Below are positions 61,821 to 64,000 of a stretch of 64,000 nt of DNA, piece by piece. The notes beneath the pieces are model-generated. The model worked only from the letters and a program-made list of their open reading frames with translations, made no database searches and was not told where the DNA came from. Every line of letters starts with the position of its first letter. Position 1 is the stretch's first letter. Position numbers and translations under genes: made by a program. The stretch is from contig NC_052155.1 in assembly GCF_902713615.1 (NCBI RefSeq), positions 161,113,828 to 161,177,827 on the forward strand, written 5' to 3'. Source of the DNA: Scyliorhinus canicula (lineage: Eukaryota).

Positions 61821-62094
61821 CCTTACAATAAATGTGTTAGATATAGGCTGTCATTGTGCAGTATTAGATAGTTCATGTAATTTAAGGTTGTGCAGGATAG
61901 GTTGGTTAAAATGTTATCTCAATTCACTAATTAACAATGATTGGGGTAAACCCAGGGAATATAAAATTACTATTTGTGCTAGCTTTGGGGCTGATCACAC
62001 ACTGAAGTCACTCAACAGAGTTGTAATCATGTCTAAATTTGCGGGAGTAAGCCATCTTTTCAGCATTGATGCAGCCTGTTATAAGATATATTTG

Positions 62095-62365
62095 ACTTAG
62101 ATGTATTGTCACGTGCACCGAGGTACAGTGAGAAATATTGTTCTGTGTCCAGTCCATGCAGATCAATGCAACCATGAAAAATAAAGGACATACGATAAAT
62201 GCACAATGTGAATAAATAGACATAGATATCGGTTGAAGCATAGAGAGTTAGTGCGACATAGTAGAGAAGGTGTGTGGAGTTCAGTCCATAAGAGGGTCAT
62301 TCAGGAGTCCGATAATAGCAGGGAAAAAGCTGTTTTTGAATCTGTGTTCTCAGACTTTTGTCTAT
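62095..62365 (-). mobile_element. Rex1/Babar-like LINE 3' end
   Basis: Reverse-complement similarity to 49670-49930 (TTCAAAAACAGCTT.TTCCCTGCT, CACGTGACAATA). Confidence 0.6.
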
Positions 62366-62744
62366 GTCGTTCTGTGAAAAAAAGATACAAATGAAGCTTG
62401 ACATGAAACACGATGAGGCAATTATTTTTGAAAATCAGGTGATCTGCAGTTTACCAAGTCAGGACATTCGTATCCCTTTTACAAAATCTATTGTTGCGAA
62501 TTAGAGTGTTGGACACGTATTTATCAGATGATAAGAATATGGGAGAAGAAAAATCAACTTAAAGGTGCATAGACAACTTGTCAAAGATTGAAAATCTTGT
62601 TAAACAATGTGCGTGTTTTGGTAAGGACTATACAAGGCTAATAGAAGTGATCACTGAAAATTGTAGAAATGTCAAAGAATTGGATGCAGGGAAAAAAGCC
62701 AGAAATGTTTTCATCTGACCTTTTTTGAACAGGTTATATAACTT

Positions 62745-63990
62745 GGGCATTGTTCTCCCATTTTGAGACTAAGTGTGCAAGCGAGGGACTTTGTTGGCGC
62801 ATGTCCCACCGACCAGAATACTGAGATCCAGTGCGAGATTCTGAGCTGAGAAGCTAATTAATTAAGCACAGGCAAGCTCCCATCCTACTATCTTGACAGG
62901 CCAGCAGCTAATTGGTCCACCCGCCCTCAGCTGGTGGGTTTGAAGGCCCTAGTGCCATATTTAACTACAAGTCCAGCACACTCATGTCGGTTTCTACATT
63001 CCATCTTCACAAGACTGTACAGAATGTCAGAAACCCAAGGGGGAAAAGGCTGCAAGTCTGAAGAAGAAGAAGTCTAATCCTCGATTCAACGACCTCCGCA
63101 CTCCCCTCCCCCTGATCCCATCACCTGCTCATGCCCGACTTGGACCTCAACGTATCTGGAGTCTTTGTGCTTCTCCTTCCAATAAACCTTTGCATCTCAT
63201 GCACTCCCTTGTTTGTGAGCTTTTCATGCAGCCTTGTTGATGTCCTGCTTCCCACCACTCAGTCTTCCCTCTGCCTTCCATTGTTCATCTTCTTCATCCA
63301 CCTCCTTGCCCCTCCTTGCCATCATGAACCCTTGCCTTTCCCCTCCCCTTCCAGATTACCCACCCTGTCTTCATCTGCCCACTCCCACCCCCCAGCCTTA
63401 CCTCACACTCTATCCCTGGTTGAACTTCAGACCTTTGTTGCTGTGGCTGCATGAGTCTTACAGCACCATTCTGTCCAGGTAAACACTGCTGTGTGGCACT
63501 ATAGGCAAGGGGACCCTTGTATTTTCCAACCCCAGGCACAATACTGATCCGACTCAGTGACGCAGGAGAATCCATGAGTCCAGCAGCACGATGCTGTCCA
63601 AGAAGACCAGTTTGGAGATGGAGGCAGGAACCGGTCTGCATGGCAGAGTGATGTACAGCGCATCAGGAGCAGGGCAGCACCATGGCAGAAAGTTATTGCA
63701 CTCACTCCAAAGTCTCTGGCAAGTGACGACCGCCCTTGTGCATGCCACCCTTCAGCAATCAGGTTTGATGCCAATGTAAATTCCCACTGGTGTGACGCAA
63801 TATTGAAAGGTCTGACAGGATGCTGATGGGCAGGCATTTTAATGATCATTCATGAGTTGCAAATAAATGCAAATCGCTTTTGCGCCATCTGCCAGTGTGA
63901 GAAATGACTGACCATTAACCCGCCATTAGGGGAATTGTATCAGGTTGAAATTTTGGCTCCCACCAGGTTCACCGTGTCCGCTCACTGATG
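62745..63990. mobile_element. Degenerate Harbinger-like element
   Basis: Left end GGGCA.TGTTCTCCC...GAGACTAAGTGT resembles the reverse complement of the 51463-51494 MITE end; interior degenerate. Confidence 0.4.
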
Positions 63991-64000
63991 AACCCATTGT

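Larger units (their letters stand above)
59200..62720 (+). mobile_element. Degenerate Ty1/Copia-like retrotransposon (gag knuckle, protease, integrase start), split by later insertions
   Basis: Zinc-knuckle remnant NR.FNCD.KYH at ~59805-59835; protease AVLDSSC...C.IGWLKCYL (ORF 61834-62100); integrase zinc-domain remnant KVHRQ...LK.LL...DY..LI..I.E.C at ~62560-62670; no RT between PR and IN. Confidence 0.6.

Noticed and set aside
44700-64000. Exons of a neighbouring host gene downstream of CYB5A
   Set aside because: No recognisable host protein motifs with splice signals were found; the region is largely TE-derived, although short exons could be missed by eye

Overview
Eukaryotic (vertebrate) genomic DNA. 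The repeat content (HE1/V-SINE-type tRNA SINEs with CR1 tails, DeuSINE-like copies, abundant CR1 LINEs, Harbinger-like MITEs) points to a cartilaginous fish, probably a shark; this is an inference. The only supportable host gene is a complete five-coding-exon microsomal cytochrome b5 gene (CYB5A, + strand; CDS 2235-2366, 25938-26066, 38946-38975, 41807-41841, 42494-42575; 135 aa). It has a CpG-rich promoter and very large TE-filled introns. Almost everything else is transposable-element derived: Gypsy, Copia-like, CR1, L1, RTE, Rex1-like, Penelope-like, Tigger-like, Harbinger MITEs and several solo LTRs with exact TSDs. The most notable observations are four. (1) A young, internally deleted ERV-like provirus (1-kb LTR, tRNA-Ser PBS, identical 113-bp LTR end, 5-bp TSD) is nested in a Gypsy LTR inside a CR1 within CYB5A intron 2. 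(2) Two related solo LTRs sit tail-to-tail 38 bp apart inside a Copia-like relic and share a perfectly conserved CCAAT dyad. (3) A candidate alternative acceptor would encode a soluble, anchor-less cytochrome b5. (4) Long poly-G/C tracts are pervasive. I found no convincing evidence of a wholly new multi-gene system. Repeat family names come from motif recognition, not database searches, and many repeat boundaries are approximate.
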